DNA of 64,000 nt from Isurus oxyrinchus (lineage: Eukaryota), in NCBI GenBank assembly GCA_026770705.1, contig JANJGN010000016.1, forward strand, positions 10,788,001-10,852,000, given 5' to 3'. The translations under genes and the position numbers were made by a program. Under the pieces are notes generated by a model. It saw nothing but the letters and a program-made list of their open reading frames with translations. It had not been told where the DNA came from and ran no database searches. Shown piece after piece: positions 11,201 through 24,019 of this stretch; positions within the stretch are counted from its first letter, which is position 1, and every line of letters begins with the position of its first letter.

Positions 11201-14200
11201 GCTCTGCCAAGCGACCAATGCCCTCAGCCAGCCAATCCCTCAGCTCCATCCAGATCCTCACCTCCAGCCAAGAGGGCACCTCCTCCATTGAAGAGCTGGA
11301 CATAAGCAGCCTGGAAGACCCACCATAGTGTTTACCCACACCCTCCACCAGCGCAGAGACACACACCTCGGTGGAACCCAGATCTAGAGCAGGCTCAGGT
11401 TCAAAACCTGGTGGTCACCGCATGGGCACATGTCCGAAGCAGGAAGAGGCAGGTTCAACTGAGCTCCCCGGCACTTGTTGGATAATGGGGGAAGAGGCGG
11501 CTGTGAGGTCCGACTCGGGGGAGAACCTCTGGATTCGGCTTTCCAACTGATCATGCAGAGTCAGCAGAAGGTGAGGGAATATCACCCAGAGCTGTTGGGA
11601 GCCCTCAATAGAGTCAGAGGAGTGCATCTGCCTGCTCTCTGATGAAGTTGTGCACACATCTGTGTGTATGGAGGTCTCCATGAGAAGGATGGCAGGCACC
11701 ATGGAGACCCTGGTCCAGTAGAATGCACATATGCACGCAGACCTTGTGGTAGCCATGGGTGAGTTCCTGCAGTGGTAACATGAGAGGGAAGGGGGCACCT
11801 CGATGCCACTCCAGGGGCTACTTCCCCTGAAGGAGTCAGGCCAGGGTTCCCAGGCACCTGAAGGGAGGTGGAGCAGCAGCTGGACACCCCTAGGTCATCC
11901 ACTCAGGAATCTCAGGGGCTGTTCACTCCCCCTGAGTCCCCTTTGCCTGTGGCCTCCTGAACCTCATCCTCTGTCACTGCTAAGGGAGCAGCTGACCCAT
12001 AGGAGGACAGCCAAAGCAAGCTGGGGCCCTCAAGGCTTTGGGTCTCCAGAGGCAATATGGCCAACCATTGCACAGGTTGTCTCCACCCCTGCTGCGTATG
12101 TCAGGGCAGCACCTAGGAGAAGCGGCTGGCCTAGAAATCATGAGAAATTCTGATTGCAAGTGGTTGCAATGGTGAACACATTTTGTCACTTAATAATCTG
12201 AAAACATACTCACCTTCACCGAATAACATGTAATGTTGTCCTTCAGCCTCATCGACAGGCTTCGTGAGTCCTCCCACTGCAAGTCCCCCCCCTCCCCTCC
12301 CTCACCTCCCCACTAGCAGTTCAGCTGCACATATCCACACTACGAGTGATTCTGGACGAAGAAATGTGTTGTGTGGCAGGACCTGTCGGAGAGACTGGTG
12401 CAAGCATTCTCCCACGCACGCAGAGCCTTCATCCATCACATTCAATGTTCCGAGCATTTCCAATGCTGCCCGCTGGTTATCCATCTGAGCCGACCTGCAT
12501 CTCCGCCCACCTACTGATCACACTCGCATGCAGCGCCTGTTCCTGCCCAACATGAGACACCGCTCACTTTTGATTTTGACAGCCCGGGTCGTGGTCCAAT
12601 ATATCATCAGCTCCCCTCCCCCAGTCACCCATGTTATTTCCCCCATCACTGCTGAACCCCTGGCATCACTTTCCACCTCCCCACTGTCACTTACCAACCC
12701 GTACCCTTGTCTTTCCAGGGTGTCCAGGTGAACGTGCACGTTCCTACCTTCCTGAGAATCCCACCCCCCATCCACGTTGACATCCCCGACTTCCCCTTTC
12801 CCACCCCCAGAGTCTGTGTCTGCCTCAGAGTCCTCACCAATCACCCTCGATGTCACTTCTGCTACTGATGCACCCTTACCCTCCTACCCTAGCGGGTTCC
12901 TCTGCCCCCTCTCACACTCACTGTTGCCTCCTGCTACGCCCACCCTCAGTTTGCCCTCCCCAAGAGGCAGTCATTGACCCCACAGATCCCTCCTTTGTAT
13001 GTTCACCTAGACATCCCCCCCCTTATTCTCATCTCCACCTTTACTCCCTCCTCCACCCTTACTCCCTTCTCCACCCTTATTCCCTTCTCCGCTCTGACTG
13101 CCCTTCCCCCGGACACCTTCCCCCTTCGAAATCCCCCCACCCGGGACACCTTCCTCTTTAGCGCTCCCACTCTTACACACATTCCTTACATCTGCCTCCA
13201 CACTTGCTGCATTCTCACCCGACACACCAGCCTCCGTCCGTACTCCCTCCTCTCTCCCCCTACAACCTCACCCACACCTGAAACCTTTGTCCCCCCATTC
13301 CCAACCTCACTGCCCCCCAACACCATCACCCTCTTCCCAACCTCGCTCCCCCTGTAAACCTTCCTCCCCCAGTCACACTAAGACCTTCACACCACCCTCC
13401 AGATGAATTCGCGTTCCACCATTTCTGCCGCTGCCGCCAGATTTGACCTCCCCCCCCACCCACCATGACACCCGCCGCCAACGGGACTGGATGATTCTGC
13501 CCACAGTGCTTTTCAGAAGGGAGTTTCAGAATTTTAACCCAGCGACAATGAAGGAACTTGTGATATATTTGCAAGTCAGGATGATGTATGACTTGGAGGG
13601 GAACTTGCAGGTGGTGGTGTTCCCCCATGCATCTCCTGCCCTCGTTCTTCAAGGTAGCAGAGATCGCGGGTTTGGAAAGTGCTATTGAAGGAGGTTTGGT
13701 GAGTTGTTGCAGTGCATCTTGTAGATAGTACACATTGCTGCCATGGTGCATGGGTGGTGAGGGGAGTGAATGTTTAAAGTGGTGGATTTGCTATTCAAGT
13801 GGGCTGCTTTGTTCTGGATGGCGTTGAGCTTCTGGAGAGTTGTTGCCACTGCACACATCCAGACAAATGGAGAGTATTCCATCACAGTTCTGGCTTGTGC
13901 CTTGTAGTTAGTGGACTGGCTTTGGGGGGCGCCAGGGGGTGAGTTACTCATTGCAGTATTCCTACCCTCCAACCTGCTCTTATAGCCAAAGTATTTATAT
14001 GGCTAGTCCGGTTCAGTTTCTGGCCAATAGTAACCCCTGGATGTTGATAGTGGGGGATTCAGTGATGGTAATGCCATTGAATGTGAATTTAGGGGAGATG
14101 GCTAGATCCTGTCTTGGAGGGAATCATCGCCTGGCTCTTGTGTGGTGTAAATATTATTTGCCACTTCTCAGCCTAAGCCTGAATGTTGTCTAAATCTTCT

Positions 14201-14977
14201 TGCATTTGGACACAAACTGCTTCAGTATTTGAGAACTTGAAAATGGTGCTGAACATTGTGCAATCAGCAGTGAACATCCCCATTTCTGTCCTTATGATGA
14301 AGCAACTGAACATGGTTGGGCCTCGGGCACTATACTGAGGAACTCCTGCAGCAATATTCTGGGACTCCAGCCGAGTTGTACCCCTGGAGATACAATCTCC
14401 ATCAACCACAACCATCTTCCTTTGTGCTCAGTATGACTCCAACCAGTGGAGAATTTTCCCCCTGATTCCCATTAACTTCAGTTTTGTTAGTACTCCTCGA
14501 TGCCACACTTGATCAAATGTTGCCTTGATGTCAAAGGCAGTCACTCTCACCTCACCTCTGGAATTCAGATCTTTGTCCATGTTTGGATCAAGGCTGTAAT
14601 GAGATCAGGATCTGAGCGGCCCTCGTAGAACCCAAACTGAGTATCATCAAGCAGATTATTGCTGTGTAACTGCTGCTTGATGGCACTTTCAACAATACCT
14701 TCCATCACTTTGCTGATGATCAAGAGTAGGTTGATTGGGTGGTGATTGGCTAGATCAGATTTGTCCTGCTTTTTGTGGACAGGACATACCTGGGCAATTT
14801 TCCACACTGTCAGATGTCGTGGCTGTACTGCTTGGCTAGGTTGCGGCTACTTCTGGAGCACAAGTCTTCAGTACTACCTCAGGGATGTTGTTAGGTGTGC
14901 TATCACCTGAGACACGACTTTGGTCTGTCTTATATTGCAGTAGAATGATCCAAAAGAAACTTCACAAAGTGAGGAGA

Positions 14978-16196
14978 GGGCTGGGATTTTGAGTGCCCTC
15001 TGGCGTGTTCGGTGGCACGATTGGTTTCATGATAGCGTGAAACCAGTTTGCGATCGTCTGTTCAGCCCGCCAATGGCAGGCCACATTTCCGCTATCGGAG
15101 GGAACCTCATTGTAAAACATCAACATATCATAATAAGGGCAGCCTGTTGGATTCCTACTCCCCTTCCCCCCTACTAAATCGTCCGCCGTCTCCCGCTGAT
15201 GCACTTTACTCAGGACTTCGAGGTTTGTTTGCCTACTTTGCTTCAGTCAGCACTCACAGTCATCAGCGCCAGGCTTCACAGACTGCACCACATCACTTTT
15301 AGGGAGGCTCACGGGTAGGTCTCTACTTACCAGACCAGCCATTTGTGGGTGGCTTTCCAATGGCTGCAGGGCAAGGTCTTGCTTGGGGAAGGGGGAGAAA
15401 TGGCCTCAGGCAAGGGAAAAGGCTGCAGGATGAGAGTTGTACTGGGGAAGGGGGGTATCCCAGGGTGTGTGTGGGGGCAAATGTTGATCGGTACAAGCAG
15501 CCTCAAGATGGTGAGGGCTGAGGAGGCAGTCTCCAGAGGGGATGAGACCAGATGGACATGTGAGGGTGTGTGTGTGAGAATGGGTGGTGATGCCCCTTGA
15601 GCTGGCAGTGAGTAAGATGCCAGTGAATGTGTGATCGGCTTGAATGTGTGAGTTTAGAGTGATAAGATTGTTACCATACCCTGGCTGCACGGATGAGATC
15701 ATCCATCCTCTATCTGCATTGGATGGCCAACCTCTTCTGTGCAGCATTGGCACTGACCACTGCTGCCACTGTCTGCCATGCTGGATTGGTGATGCCGCTG
15801 CCCATTCTGCGGCCAGAGCCGGGGTAGAGGGTATCACAACGGGACTCCATGGCTTCCAAATGGCATTCCAGTGGCGCGTCATTAAACCTGGGGGCTGCAG
15901 TCTTTTTGCCTTTCATGGACATCTTCCCTGCAGGAGTCATGGGCTGGGAGCACTGAGATGTGTGCTCGTGGCTGGATTTTAAATATGGCGCCCGGCTTGA
16001 TGAAACGGCGAGGTGATGGCGTGGTGGATGAATGAGAGCCCACCCACCATGGAAAGGCATGTTTCCTGGCAGTACATACATAATGCAATGGGTTTGGGAC
16101 GATATGGCGTGAAAACCTGTCATCCCAGCCGACAGGTAAAACATTGTTTTACCCACCCGCTACCGCACTTAGCGCAAATCTGGGGCGATTCTGTCC
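14978..16196 (-). mobile_element. Non-autonomous Harbinger derivative retaining Myb exon 1
   Basis: Minus ORF KKTAAPRFNDAPLECHLEAMESRCDTLYPGSG...NPAWQTVAAVVSANAAQKRLAIQCR; terminus matches the 8181 end. Confidence 0.85.
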
Positions 16197-17069
16197 GAGG
16201 AGCAGGCTGGAAAAGTCGCTGGATTGCAATAAATTTGAAATAGTCTTTAAAAATTACATTATTGACTTTGAGACCCTAAATAGGCACACAATCTTTCTTT
16301 GGTGAGGTGGCTGAAATTGGGGGCAGAACAGGGATGTTTGAAGGAAGGCTTTTGAAAGTTGGGAGACTAAGATGGATGGCTGGAAGGGAGAAGGCTAGGA
16401 ATGAGCTGGCTACAGGTGTTGAGGAACAGAGCAGTGCTGCGTAGAGCGTGTGAATAATGGATGGATGCATCAAAAAGGCAGTGTGGAGAGAGATCTTGTC
16501 TGATTCGTGAATGAAGACCAAGAACTTGAAGTCAGTTTAACATGGGGATCATCAGCCAATGGCAGTGAGTGAGAAGCTGTGGGGATAGGTGAGCGAGACC
16601 TGGTGTGGGGTTAGTGATGTGAGGCGCAGCATCTAGAAGCTATGACGATTTTTGCATGCTTGATATTAGCATTGCTTTATCATAAACAATAACAAGATCT
16701 TTACCTATTTTAAATGATTACATTTTCATAGAAGGGTCAATAAGAAAGGTACAATTTTCTCCCCTCTTATTCCAATTCCTTCCCTCTTCCGTTTGCAGGC
16801 ACTAACTCCCAACAGGGGTATCTACAAAGACTCCCTTGAAATCTCAACCACTCATCTATATGTGATGTCAATGAGTGCAGTGAGGGCTTTTCAACCACGG
16901 AAGGCATCATAGTCAAGCCTGATTGAATAGGTGATCTGGCACTCAAGCTAAGTTACAAGAAGGACATGGACTGGAAATACAGAGGCCACATTGTGAAGCA
17001 AAAGCTCTGGCAATCTCTCCTTTCGAGAGCACCTCCTTCTGCCAGTGCTGAAGCACTGTATCTTCCCTA

Positions 17070-17510
17070 CATGTTGTCAGCTTTGGGTCAATTGGGTAAC
17101 ACTCTTGTCTCTACATCAGCCCTGCTCCAGGACTTGAGCACAAAAATCTAGTGCAGTACTAAGGGAGTGCCGCACTGTCAGTGGCACCATCTTTCAGATG
17201 AGCCTTTAACCGAAACCAGATCAACTGCTTTTGTGATGTTGATTGAGGAATAAGTATTGGCTGGGACTAAAGGGATATTTCCCCCCTGCTTTTCCTCTAG
17301 GTAGTGTCATGGGATCATTTGGGTCCACCTGAGAGGGCAAATAGCCTCAGTTTAACATCACATTCAAAGAACAGCACCCATCGGCAGTGCAGCGCTGCCT
17401 GAGTACCGTGCTGGGAGTGTCAGCTTTGATCTTTTCCTCGAGCCTCTGGACTGAGACTGGAACACGTGGCCTTCTGGAGCAGAGGCCATAGTGCTGCCAA
17501 CTGAGCCACA
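17070..17510. mobile_element. Two Deu-SINE fragments in opposite orientation
   Basis: gcagtactaagggagtgccgcactgtcag on plus; gtttaacatcacattcaaagaacagcacc...cagtgcagc on minus. Confidence 0.65.
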
Positions 17511-18408
17511 TGAGTAAGAGTCAACACAGGAAAACAGAATGTTCCTATCAATAAGTCAAAAGGAAAAAGTGGGAGAACTCTCCATCTTCCCACCATAACA
17601 GTTCATGAAACAAGGACTTGTGTAGTACAAATTTAATTGTCTACCCGCTTGATGCACTTTTAAGTTAATCAGCTCAATGTACTGTGATTGTGATTTGATT
17701 ATTGTCTGAGGATCCTAATAAAATAGCAAGAGTGTCCTATTCAGTTCTGGCAACTGCTGTTCCTTGTTCAAGCAGCACTGGGTATGAGTGACACTGTGTG
17801 AAGCAGCACTGTGGTCCACTTGCACTGTGTGATCAGAGATCATTGTTAGAAGCAAGATCCGCAACCCCCTGGTGAAAATCAGATGCCATCCGACGGCTGG
17901 CACCATGAAGTCCAATGCCTCCCACCCCCGCAATGTCTGCCCTCCACTGAAGTCTGAATCTGCCCCCCACACCACCACCGCCCCCCCACCGCCAAACCCC
18001 TCAACCCACACCCCCACCCCCCCTCCCCACACCACCATCCCTTGCAGTATCTGTTCCGCCACCCAGCAATATTTCACACCCCACACTTCCACCAGCTTGC
18101 CTGACATCGACTCCCCGGTTGCTCTCCCACCCGGCAGGTAGGGAGTAGCGGCAAGCTGGCTAGCTGTTGGGCGGGAAGCCTATGGAAAATATTTAATGGA
18201 CATCCTGCCCGGCAGGATTTGTGAGAAGTCCGTACCTCTGGGCTTTCCGTATGGACATCCTGCCCCAGAAACCTACCCAGCTCTGAGCAAATGTTGGGGA
18301 CGAACGTGTCCGTGGAGTGCCTGCTTGTATGAGCTGGTAAACCACGAACACCTCAGCAGCCAAACAGCTGCTCTCTCTCACTCTCTATCGTACACATATG
18401 AATATGAT

Positions 18409-18442
<34 letters not shown>

Positions 18443-19109
18443 CATTTGCTGAGGTAATCAGCAGACTGTGAGTGGGAAGCGGTAGCAAATAAGGAACAGG
18501 CAATAGATTTCAGAATTCTGCTGGTAAATTGTTCCTGCTCTCTTTTAATTTAACCCGTTTACAGTAAAATCTATTGATGTGCTCATTGCTAACATAGTAC
18601 TGCTTGATTTTAACCTGCCTGATTTGTTTCCCTCAGCTCAAGCAAGTGTAATGTTATTTAATTGTTTGTGGCAGAGTCTTTCCAATTTTGGTGAGCCTCC
18701 TGTCATATAGATTTCTTTGCGAGGGAGCTGTTCCATATACATCTGGCTGTGTTCACGGGAGGTTTGGAGAGATGTGGGAGGGAAGCCAACATCATACTAA
18801 AATAAGAAGGTAGTAAAGTCATGGGATGAGGGCATGGGTTCAATGGGCCGATGGGTCTTCTTCCCTGTCACAAGATTCTACCATTCTTAAAACGCTTGGA
18901 TCATCAAGCCTGTTATTTCCACTGACAACTTGATAAAGTTGGAGATGTTGAACAACCCCGCATTTATGTAGTGCCTTTCATGACCTCATGTCTTACCAAA
19001 GTGCTTCACTGCCAATGAAGTGTTTTTGCAATATAGCCACAGTTGTAATGTCGGAAACGTGGAAGTCAATTTGCAGACACCCACAAACAAAATGACCAGA
19101 GCATCCGTG

Positions 19110-19830
19110 AATCAACGAAATTTGCAGCACTGAAGGAGGCCATTTGGTCCATCATGTCCATGCTGACCAACAAGGAGCCACCCTTGAACACAGCCTAATT
19201 CCACTTTCCAGCTTTTGGTCTATATCCTTGTAGGTTACAGCACATGTATTTTTAAAATGTAATGAGAGTCTCTGCCTCTACACTTCAGGCAGTGAGTTTC
19301 AGATCCTCATCACTCTCTGGTTGAAAATATTCTCCTTGAAACCCCTCTAACCCTCCGACCTCTTACACCAAATCTGTGTTCGCTGGGTTACGGACCTCTC
19401 ACACAAGGGGAATAGGTCCTTCCTATTCACTTTATCCCGATCTCTCATATTTTTATACACTCCAATTAGGTACTCCTTAGCCTCCTCTGTTCCAAAGAAA
19501 GCAACCTTATCTTATGCAATCTTTCCTTATAAACTAAAATTCTCCAGTGAAGACAACATAATCATAAACCTCCTCTGTACCCCCTCTAGCACAATCACAT
19601 CTTTCCTTTAGTACGGGGGCAAGAACTGTATGCAGGACTCCAGCTGTGGCCGAACTAATGTTTTATACAGTTCCAGCATTGCCCCCCCCCCCCCCACAGC
19701 TGTAAAATTCTAAGTCTCAGCTAATAACGGCAAATATCCTGCATGCCTTTTTGACCAGCTTATCTAACCTGTCCAGCCAGCTTCAGGGATCTGTGAACAT
19801 TCATTCCAAGATCCCTCTGTTCCTCGGCAC
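19110..19830 (-). mobile_element. Old CR1 3' fragment
   Basis: gaaggaggccatttggtcc tail; cttagcctcctctgttccaaagaaagcaacc; aactgtatgcaggactccagctgtgg (reverse PQLEYC). Confidence 0.75.
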
Positions 19831-20389
19831 TTAGTATCCGACTTTTCATTTGAGTTCATCGAGAGAAAAATGTAAAATTTTTTGGATGGGTTACCAGGGA
19901 TAACTCCCCTGCCCTTCTGAAAAAATAGTGCCATAGAATGTTGACTACCTGAGAGGACAGATAGGACGTTGGTTTCACATCTCACCTCAGCCCTGTACTG
20001 TGAGTTTCAGCCTAAATGATATAATCAGGGTCGCTCCAGAGACTTGAACACACTGGAAAAAGAAGAATCTAGTGCTATTCAAGTGAGTATTTTTAAAACT
20101 GGAAGCATTTTCATTTTTCCATTCATATTTATGCCAATTTGCCATATGCAGGCACTGGGTTGCTGATCTGAGCTGAGCAGCGCATATGTGCGAGTTGCGT
20201 AAGTGTCAATGAGCTGTTGTTTTGTGCTCGTAGGTTGCTTCAGAGAGAAGGAAAGAGTTTTCTTCATTGCTGTGTGCATGAAGCAAAATCTGTCTAGCAT
20301 GGTGTCTGTGTGAGAAAAGGGGAAACTTGGCATCAGCACTAAAATTACTATGAAAAGGAAAAGAGAAATGGGGATGAAGTTATACATAA

Positions 20390-20700
20390 AGAGAGAGAGG
20401 AATTGAGAAAGAAGAGAGGACCAAATTCAGACAGATATAGAAAAAAGATAGAGAGAGAGAAAGAGAGATAAAGAGAGAGAGAGAGAGAGAGAGGCAGTAA
20501 CAGAGACAAAATGAAATGAGAGATAGAACAAGAGAGAAACAGAAAGCTTGAGAAAGACCGATATAGAGACAAATGGTGAGAGCAACATAAGGAAGGAGAG
20601 AGGAAATTTAAGGCAGAGAGACAAACAGGCAAACCGAAAGAGAGAAAGATGGCGAAAGATTAAAGAGAGACAAACAATGAGAGACTTACAGAGGCAGACT
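20390..20700. repeat. GA-rich degenerate microsatellite
   Basis: (GA)n and (GAAA)n runs. Confidence 0.85.
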
Positions 20701-21009
20701 GAAGGTACCTTTCTGAGTCTGCATCATACAAATGATTGAAAGTGACTCAACTCCCAGCAATTTGCTAGATTATTTAATTGATGCAAAACAGGGACAACTT
20801 AATGAAAGACCAAGCTGTGCGAGTGAAAGATTGCAATCATGTTCTTTATTTATTATTCATCTCCTTTTATTTCATGTTCACAATTGTACATGAGCCCCAA
20901 CCAGTCCATTGTGTGCGCAGAAGCGTAATTCAAAGCAAATATGTTGGAGTTGCATGCCTGGACTGGACTGGAGAGCAACCTGGAGATTGGGGCTTAACAG
21001 CACCTGCTA

Positions 21010-21410
21010 CCAAGGATCAGGGACTTCTGTCACGTGGAGAGACTGGAGAAGCTGAAATTGTTCTTTTTGGAACAGGGAATGATAAGAGGAGTTTTGATAG
21101 AAGGGTCAAAAATTGTGAGGGAGGTTTCAGAATGCAAGCAAAGAGAAACTTTCCAGTGTCAGGAGGCTGGATAACCAGGCTTAAGATAATTTGTATAAGA
21201 GGGAAGATGAGAATTTATTTTACACAGCGAATGTGTTGCCTGAAAGGGTGGTGGAGGCAGATTCAATAGTAACATTCTAAAGGGAACTGAATAAATAATT
21301 GAAGGAATAAACATTGCAGAGGATGGGACTAATTAGAAAGTACTTTCAAAGAGCCAAAACAAGTACAATGGGCCAAGTGGCCTCCATCAGTGCTAGAGGG
21401 TTCTATAATG
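21010..21410 (+). mobile_element. Old CR1 3' fragment
   Basis: gagagactggagaagctg...ttttacacagcga...gggccaagtggcctcc tail. Confidence 0.7.
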
Positions 21411-21507
21411 TCAGGATACAATGTTAGAACCCTCTCTACAAGTCACCCAAACGCAATGATTTTATTGGCCAATTATGTACTTAGAGCACTCATAATGGGA
21501 CATTGAT

Positions 21508-21820
21508 GGAGGTCCTGTGGCACAGTGGGTAGCGTCCCTACCTCTGGCTCAGAAGCTCTTGGTTCAAGTCCAGCTTCAGGACTTGATGACCTCGGAAGAG
21601 GTGTTCATAATGTGGCCAAAGAGGGTGATTACCAGCCTGTAACTTCTTCCAATGCACCTGATGCCGGGTGGCAAGAGCAGGAGAGTTACCTGGTCAGCCA
21701 TACTGCAGAAGGCAATGGCAAAACAATGCAGTACTTTGCCAAGCATAATCATGGACCAATCCAATGGAAGTCCATGGTCACCAAGGCCCTCCTAGGGCAT
21801 GGTACCTGAAGGAGGAGGAG
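21508..21820 (+). mobile_element. tRNA-derived SINE with RTE/BovA-like 3' tail
   Basis: A box tggcacagtgg, B box ggttcaagtcc; tail gaaggcaatggcaaaacaatgcagtactttgccaag...catggac; (gag)n end. Confidence 0.7.
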
Positions 21821-22639
21821 TATCTTTGACGGAAACAGCAATGCACAGGCTCAGATGGGACCGAAGGACCTGGCTGGTCTGAAAAGTACCATAATGGGAC
21901 ACTGGGTTGCTGGTAGATAGGAAGCAGACATATGTAATATTGCGTTCTGTGAATAAACCTATTAACAAGGAAAGTATTAGCGTCTCGATTCATACTTTGC
22001 CAATCACCACATACGAGAAAGAAAACATGTATTCTCCTTTCCTTTCCTGAAGACATTGATTCTGCTGGGTCATAGGACCTCCTCCAGGGATTTCAGCACA
22101 AAATGAAGGCTGATACTCCAAAACAGCACATGGGGGAATGCTGCACGATCACTGTGTGATCTTTTGTATAGATGGTAAACAGAAACCCTGAGCTGGCATG
22201 GGTATGCCAATCGGCACACGAAAGCGGTGGGCGGGGGTGGGGTGGGGGGAGTGGAATGCAGGGGTGGGGGTGGGGGGGTCCCCACTCGGCACTCCACGGG
22301 ACCCAGGACCCAAGGCCGCATCTTGTCAGTCCACATCTCAGCGCTGGCAGAAAAAACGACCGTTGCTGGGATTGCACTAAGACGAAGATCATGAAATGCC
22401 CTCACAGGCAGATGAATGGAGTCTGCGGCCAGTCTGGCAGGCTCCAGAGATGGGTGGGGACGTTTGGTGAGGGCAGCTGATGCTGTTACGATGAGTTGTT
22501 ATGCCAATGAGCAGGCCGCCCCCTTGTCTCCCCTCATCATTTTACAGGCCTTCCTGCTTCCAAACTCATCCCCAGAGAGCTGGTAAAATTCAGTCTCTCC
22601 ATCCAGAATTTCTTTTTCTTCTGCTTTTGGATGGGATGT

Positions 22640-22900
22640 TGAACCCAAGGCTCCATCGGCCATTGCAGGTGGATATAAAAGGTCCCATCGCACCATTCTG
22701 AAGAAGAGGAGTTCTCCCCAGTGTTCTCGCTAATATTTTATCCCTCAACCAACATCACTAAGAAACAGGAGATCTGGTTATTATCTGAATGCTGCTTGTG
22801 AGAGCTTGCTGTGCACACATTGGCTGCTGCATTTCCTACATTTCAAACAAGCAAACGCCAAGATTGTGAAAGGCACTGGATAAATGTCCTACCTTTGTTC
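22640..22900 (+). mobile_element. Deu-SINE fragment
   Basis: gaagaggagttctccccagtgttctcgctaatattttatccctcaaccaacatcact...ttggctgctgcatttcctaca. Confidence 0.75.
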
Positions 22901-24019
22901 TTTTCAGGTGGACATTTTACACATGTAAGTCTCGAAAACCTAATTGTTCCTATCCTACCATTTTACCGCTACAGAATCCAGCTCACAATGAATGGTATAG
23001 GTCTACTGGACAAATCCAACCTGCTCCTCATGCAGCATTCCTGATTTCCATCAAGTCTCTGGATAGTGGCCCCAGAAGCAGGTTTCCTGACAGAGGACAT
23101 CTTTTTTTTCCCCCGCGTTTTCACTAACTGGGAGTGCTGAAGTCAATTATTGCATCCCAAAATGTTGTTCTGACTGTGGTCAGATATTCCAGCACAGACT
23201 AGTGAATGAACCTGTGATCTTTCCTGTCTGGACATAGCTTGGTCAGACCTTTTCTCACTAGGCCTCTGAGAGGTAAGCCATGATGGATGTGGTTGCTATG
23301 GTGAAATCGGGTAACGTTCATTATTTGTCTTTAGTGTGTTTATCATTTTTAGTTTCACAGTCTGTAGTGAAATGAGCTGTCAGCGGAATTTATTTATTTT
23401 TGAACACATAGCGCAACCCACAGATAATGAGCTAGTAATTATGGACTGTTTTTTTTTTTAACATAACACAATAATGAAATAAAACACAGCTAATGGAAAA
23501 ATAGCAATTTACTGTGACAGCTGACATGGCTTAATGAATTCAAGATTATCGTTGCGTTCAACGCCTTAATTGTTTTCGAGAAAATACTTTGGATTTGTTT
23601 TTCAAAAGATGGAAAATGGTTATCGCTGAGGAAAATGAAGCTGATTTAATTCAAGTCCTGGCCTTTAGGTGAAAAGAGAAAAGCAGTGAGGAGAATTTTT
23701 TAGCTGCAGTATTTCAGCACAAGGGCAGATTTCAATCCATTCATTTCGAACTATCGCGCGACGTTCTGGGTCGTGTACAGTTCAATCAGGAGGCTGGGTG
23801 GGGTTGAAGTGCTGCTCTGGGGACTTGAGCGCAGAAGCTCAGCCACTGTTTCAGCGTCGTTGGAGACGCCATCTTTCAGGTGCGATGTTAGGCCGAGATC
23901 CTGTCCGATCTATGAAGACCCATCCCCTCGGCGAGGATGCAGTCGCCCATCCGAATCTCCCCTTTGCCTGGCTGAGGGCTCATTTCCTTGCAAAGCACCC
24001 GTGGGACATTGAAGGCACA

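Larger units (their letters stand above)
8465..12153 (+). pseudogene. Harbinger Myb/SANT-like DNA-binding protein (Myb_DNA-bind_5/NAIF1-type), 3 exons, decayed
   Basis: Exon 1 KKAAAPKFSDTSL...QCRERVNDLIRSVR, donor gtaagt at 8710; exon 2 9455-9653 EKLAHISRERSQTRGG...LTHFE; donor gtgagt at 9654, acceptor ending 9708; exon 3 split by an LTR and resuming at 11201 in phase (PTPSTSAETHTSV...RRSGWPR); stops and frameshifts present. Confidence 0.8.
8181..13502 (+). mobile_element. PIF/Harbinger DNA transposon, 5.3 kb including nested insertions
   Basis: Perfect 14-bp TIRs gggcagaatcatcc (8181-8194) and ggatgattctgccc (13489-13502); 3-bp flanks aga/aca; encodes a Myb/SANT protein; the host LINE rejoins across it. 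Confidence 0.9.
8048..14900 (-). mobile_element. CR1/L2-group LINE (RT plus 3' end) split by the Harbinger insertion into 8048-8180 and 13503-14900
   Basis: ...gggacaccc|acagtgct... rejoins as in the uninterrupted copy near 6210; ORFs WKIAQVCPVHKKQDKS, GVPQ, MEYSPFVW. Confidence 0.85.

Noticed and set aside
12200-13450. Harbinger transposase expected on the minus strand
   Set aside because: No DDE motifs recognisable by eye; mostly C-rich low complexity.
23262-23272. 11-nt plus-strand microexon (ctag|GCCTCTGAGAG|gtaagc)
   Set aside because: Frameshifting length, short pyrimidine tract, adjacent to a decayed repeat; plausible by chance.
23712-23729. REST/NRSF-like site ttcagcacaagggcag
   Set aside because: Half-site spacing is one base short and the right half is mismatched.
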